Positions 60,101 through 64,000 of a stretch of DNA of 64,000 bases are shown piece after piece. How positions within the stretch are numbered: the first letter of the stretch is position 1; each line of letters opens with the position of its first letter. Source of the DNA: Paramoeba atlantica (lineage: Eukaryota; Protista; Discosea). Under the pieces are notes generated by a model. It was not told where the DNA came from. It ran no database searches and was given only the letters and a program-made list of their open reading frames with translations. The stretch is from NCBI GenBank assembly GCA_977017575.1, contig CDRNVI010000194.1, forward strand, positions 1 through 64,000, in the 5' to 3' direction. A program made the position numbers and the translations under genes.

Positions 60101-63100
60101 TTGCCAACAGGTAAAAGAATTATTTGGAATACTGAAAAAAAATTTGAAATATCTTTCTTCTCATTCACATAAAATTCCTCACATTTCTCGCAAAAGGAAA
60201 CGTGCCTGCAACAAATGAAGTTGTAGAAGCTCCGGTTGAACCATCTTATTCTGATTATCCTTTTGGTGAAGGAAAAGAGGGAGCTGAAGATGACGATAGT
60301 TATCCTTCTCCTGCTGCACCTCCTCCTTCATTAGATTTACCCAGTTTGAATTTTTTTTTTTTCTTTTTCCTCTCACCTTTTCCCTCATATTTTATTGTCC
60401 ATAGTTGATCATGGTCACATTCTCTCACAAAAGAAATACTCCATTGAAAATCGGGCTGTTCTCGTTGTTGTCTTCTTTATTGTTGTTTTATGTCTCTTTC
60501 TCTCTCTTTATGGAGCAAGTCAAGTTGAGAGAAAAATTGATATTTCAAAATCTATGCTCGATGACAGTTACCAGAAAGATTTTTTTGTTCCAATGTTGGA
60601 ATATTTTCAGGTTTTTCTCATCTTTTTTTTTCTTCCCATTTCTTCCCCTTTTCTCAATTGCTCTCTCTTCTCAAGATCAACTCTCTCTCCCTCGTCACTG
60701 AAACAATTGACTGGCCAAATGAGTATCCAGACGTTTTGACAACTCTCGACTTGGTGTCACATTCGGATGGATATGTCACAGAAATTCCACTGGAAACAAC
60801 ATCTTGGCTTTTGAGATTTATAAATGATGTAAAATATGAGAATCGAAGGAGAAATTTTGAAGAGAAGAGAGAGGTTTTGGTTCTGAGAAAAGAAGAATGG
60901 GGAGAGAGAGAAGAAGAGAGAGAAGATTTAATCAAGAGAAGAGAAGAAAAGATGATTGTAAATGGATTGGTTGTGTTTATTGGGCTTATTTGTCAAGATT
61001 CAAGAGATGTTGCCTGTTTGTGTACTTCGGAACATGTTGACGGGCCTTGTCAAGGTTATTGCTTCTTTTGTTTCTATTTTATTTAATTCTTTTATTTAAT
61101 TTCTCTTTTTTAAATTCCTCTTTTGACAGTTCAAATCTTTTTGGCAAGTGACCCAAGCAATGTTGTCACAACAGATAAATATGGAACTTTTTCAATCTCT
61201 GTTCCTCCTCCTCTTGATGGTGATGATGTTGTTGTTTTGCGTTTGAATATTTTGGATACAGCAGCGGTTCTTCTTATTATTTCTTTCTTTTTCTTTTTCT
61301 GAAACAGATCCATTCTTTTTTTGTATTTTCTGATCTTCTCCCCCCTTTTTAGGCAGCAATTGATTATCAAGCAACTCTGAAATATTCTCCAACTGGAGTT
61401 CATTATCATTTTGAAATTGTGGCAGAAACAGTTGCCCAAAACAATTTCGGCCTTCCTTTTGAACGTTCTTTTGCTTTCTATGGTATTTTTTTCTTTTTTA
61501 ATCTATTTTTTGTCTTAAAAATACTCATCTCTTATTGTTAGGTTTGGCGATTGGGGGAGATAGAAGTGGTTTTTCACTTGTGGTTGCAGATGATGTGGAT
61601 AGTACAGGAAGAGATCTTTCTCCTATTGATATTATGTATGTTTCAAGCGAAACCATTTGTTCGAATTGGACTTCTGAACTTGAAAAAACAACAACTTGTG
61701 GGGCTTTTGGTGTGGTTAAACGAGATATTCCGGATGACAGAGAAAGAGAGAGAGAAAGAGAGAGAGAAGTATTTTGGATGAATGAAGAAGAAGAAGAAGA
61801 GATTGAGATAGAAAGAAGGCAAGATAGTGAAGACATCATTTTTGATTTTGAAATGGTTTCTTCAAATTTGATCGATTGTTCTCCTATTACCAGAGCTCCT
61901 CTTTCTCCTCAAATTGTTCTCTCTCCCGATTATCTCACAGGTAAAAATTTTTAAATTTATAAATTTTTGTTGAATAGAATGACAAGAGAGAGAGAGTTAC
62001 TGATGGAGAAAATAGTTGGGACATCACAATGTTCTCCAGAGAATTTAGTTTGTGGAACTGAGACATGCAATTCATGTTCTTTGTGCTGTGATGACTTTTA
62101 TTCAGGTTCTATCTTATTTTCTCAAAAATTCAAATGCATTTTCAAGATAAATTATCAAATATGTCTTTAGTTTTTTTTTTCTCTTTATTAATGGTTGAAT
62201 TAGATGTGTGTGGGGAATGTCACGAAGCAAAATGTGTCGAAATTTACACCCCAGATTGTTCGCTTGGAACTGCAGATGTTCTCCCTTTTTCTCTTTTTTT
62301 TTTTTCTAATTTTTCTTTTTTCTTCCGATGTTTTGTTTTCTTCCTTTCAACTTTCTTTTTTCTTTTCACTAAACTTCTTGTCTTTCAGAGCCCATGTCAA
62401 GAATGCAGAAGAACGCTTAATCCTCTCTCTTTCTCTGAGTGTACTCGGTGCTACACTGAAAAATGTCCCAATGTCTATTCTGAAGGTCTGATTGCAAAGG
62501 ATCTCACCCACAATGTTCTCTTTTCTTTGATTCTTTCTTTCTTTTCTTTTTCTCTATTTTTCCTCTCTTTTTCTGATCCCTCTCTTTTTCTGATCCCTCT
62601 CTTTTCTTCAAGACTCCGACTCCGCCAACTGATGATACGTACCCAATTTCACCAGAGAATTTTTATCGTTTGTTGAGAATTTGGTTGCAGGGAAAGGGTG
62701 CTCCTTTTTCGGATGATCTTTCTTGTGTGAATGGAGATGGAGAGAGGGTATTTCTTTTAATTTTTATTAAAATGAAGGAATGAAATTTATTAGAGATCAA
62801 CTTTGATTCTTTTTTTTACAGCAAGATTGCTCTCTTGAAGGGAGCGTGATTGGAGGGTCAAAAATGTCATATTTTTTGTGGGGCAGAGCAGAAGATGAAA
62901 TTTATGTTGAGCGCTTAGAAGACCAAAAAGAAATGTTGTCTCAGACAAGTAGGTTTGTGTAATTGTTTGTGAAAGGATTTTCTAAATCTTTTTGGAATTA
63001 AAATCAAAAATAGTTTCCCTTGGGATTACACAGTAATTTACACAAGCCAATATGACAGTATTGAAGCCAACACAGCCCACCTTCTCTTCCTCTGTGCCAT

Positions 63101-63696
63101 TCTTGTCTCAGTTGTCAATCTTCTCTTTCAATCTTCTTGGGCCATTTCTCTCCTTTTATTTGTGAATATTCTGTTTACCGCTTTGGAATTGTATGGGTTG
63201 TTGTTTTATATGGATTTGGGATTAAATAGTTACTCTCAAGTTTTGTTGATTATGAGTGTGGGAATGGCTGTTGAGTTTTCTGTGCATCTTTCAAGGTTTG
63301 GAGTTTCATTTTTTTGAAAATTGATTTTTTTTTTGAATTTTATTTCTTTTGTTTTCTTTTCTCTTCTCTTCTCAACCCTCTCCAAAAAGATCTTTTCTCC
63401 TCCTCCCTGGATCTCGCCCAGCACGGGCAATGGGCGCAATCAAAGAAGTTGGCCTCCCTCTCTTCCATGGAGCGATTTCATCCTTTCTCTCTATCTTCGC
63501 AATCCTTTTTAACCCCATTGAATGGTTCAGAGTTTATTTCTTTTATTATCTTTCAGGGGTGATTTTTATATCATTTTTGAATGGGATTGTACTTATGCCT
63601 GTGGTATTGGCGCAACTTGGACCAAAGAGGATTCGGCGATTTAATTCTATGATGTATCAGGATGATGAAGCTGATATTCCTCGATTTTGTTTGTGA
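57192..63696 (+). CDS. Patched/NPC1-family RND membrane protein with sterol-sensing domain, Patched-like, many introns
   Basis: FPCNQISILDCFQEG, SSD IIPFIGLGIGVDDIFIIMH, AGPSVLLSSVSNLCAF, WLLRFINDV, ISPENFYRLLRIW, VGMAVEFSVHL, FLNGIVLMPVVLAQLGP. Start codon approximate. Confidence 0.9.
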
Positions 63697-64000
63697 AAGA
63701 AAAATTTTTCAGTGAGAAATCAAAAAAAAAATATCCAATAAACCTTCCAATTTTGGTTGGCAAAAATCTTGTTTCCTTATTTTTGTTGAGAAGATATATT
63801 TTTATGAGAGTCACACTCTGCCAAAACTGTCAAATAAAAGACAAAAAAAATGATTTTTGATTTTTAATTCTTTTTAATTTAATCTTTTTTCTTAACAGAA
63901 AATTTTCCGAGTGCATTCCCAGATAATGATCTTGAAAGCTGTTGTCGTTTTTGTTCCTAAAAGAGAGTGAATTCAGAATCTTAGAAGAGAGAAGAACCAA

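Noticed and set aside
63880-64000. Possible coding fragment at the window end
   Set aside because: Too short to assign a strand or product.

Overview
The window is the left end of a chromosome from an AT-rich, intron-rich eukaryote. The organism cannot be identified from sequence alone; a protist is a weak inference. It has four zones. (1) A (CCCTAAA)n telomere at 1-637. (2) Low-complexity, tandemly duplicated subtelomeric blocks, a minisatellite and a MITE-like element at about 0.64-9 kb. (3) A ~32-kb island of nested retroelements at about 9.1-41.6 kb. It holds a copia 3' remnant, four copies plus an LTR fragment of a chromodomain Ty3/gypsy family (A0-A3, 281-bp LTR), a second gypsy family (B, 213-bp LTR), a long-TIR DNA element and a complete DIRS1-type tyrosine-recombinase element. 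The DIRS is inserted at an AGA trinucleotide inside the polypurine tract of gypsy A2 and is itself interrupted by B and A3. Differences between copies in the island are overwhelmingly CpG transitions. (4) A gene-rich zone at 41.6-64 kb. It holds a tandemly duplicated LRR gene, a piggyBac-like transposon apparently flanked by CCGG rather than TTAA, an ankyrin gene head-to-head with a Rab GTPase that has an N-terminal MGC acylation motif and no C-terminal cysteines, a FAM114A-like gene, and a Patched-like gene with a large insertion in its second extracellular loop. All alignments and translations were done by eye; no searches were run.
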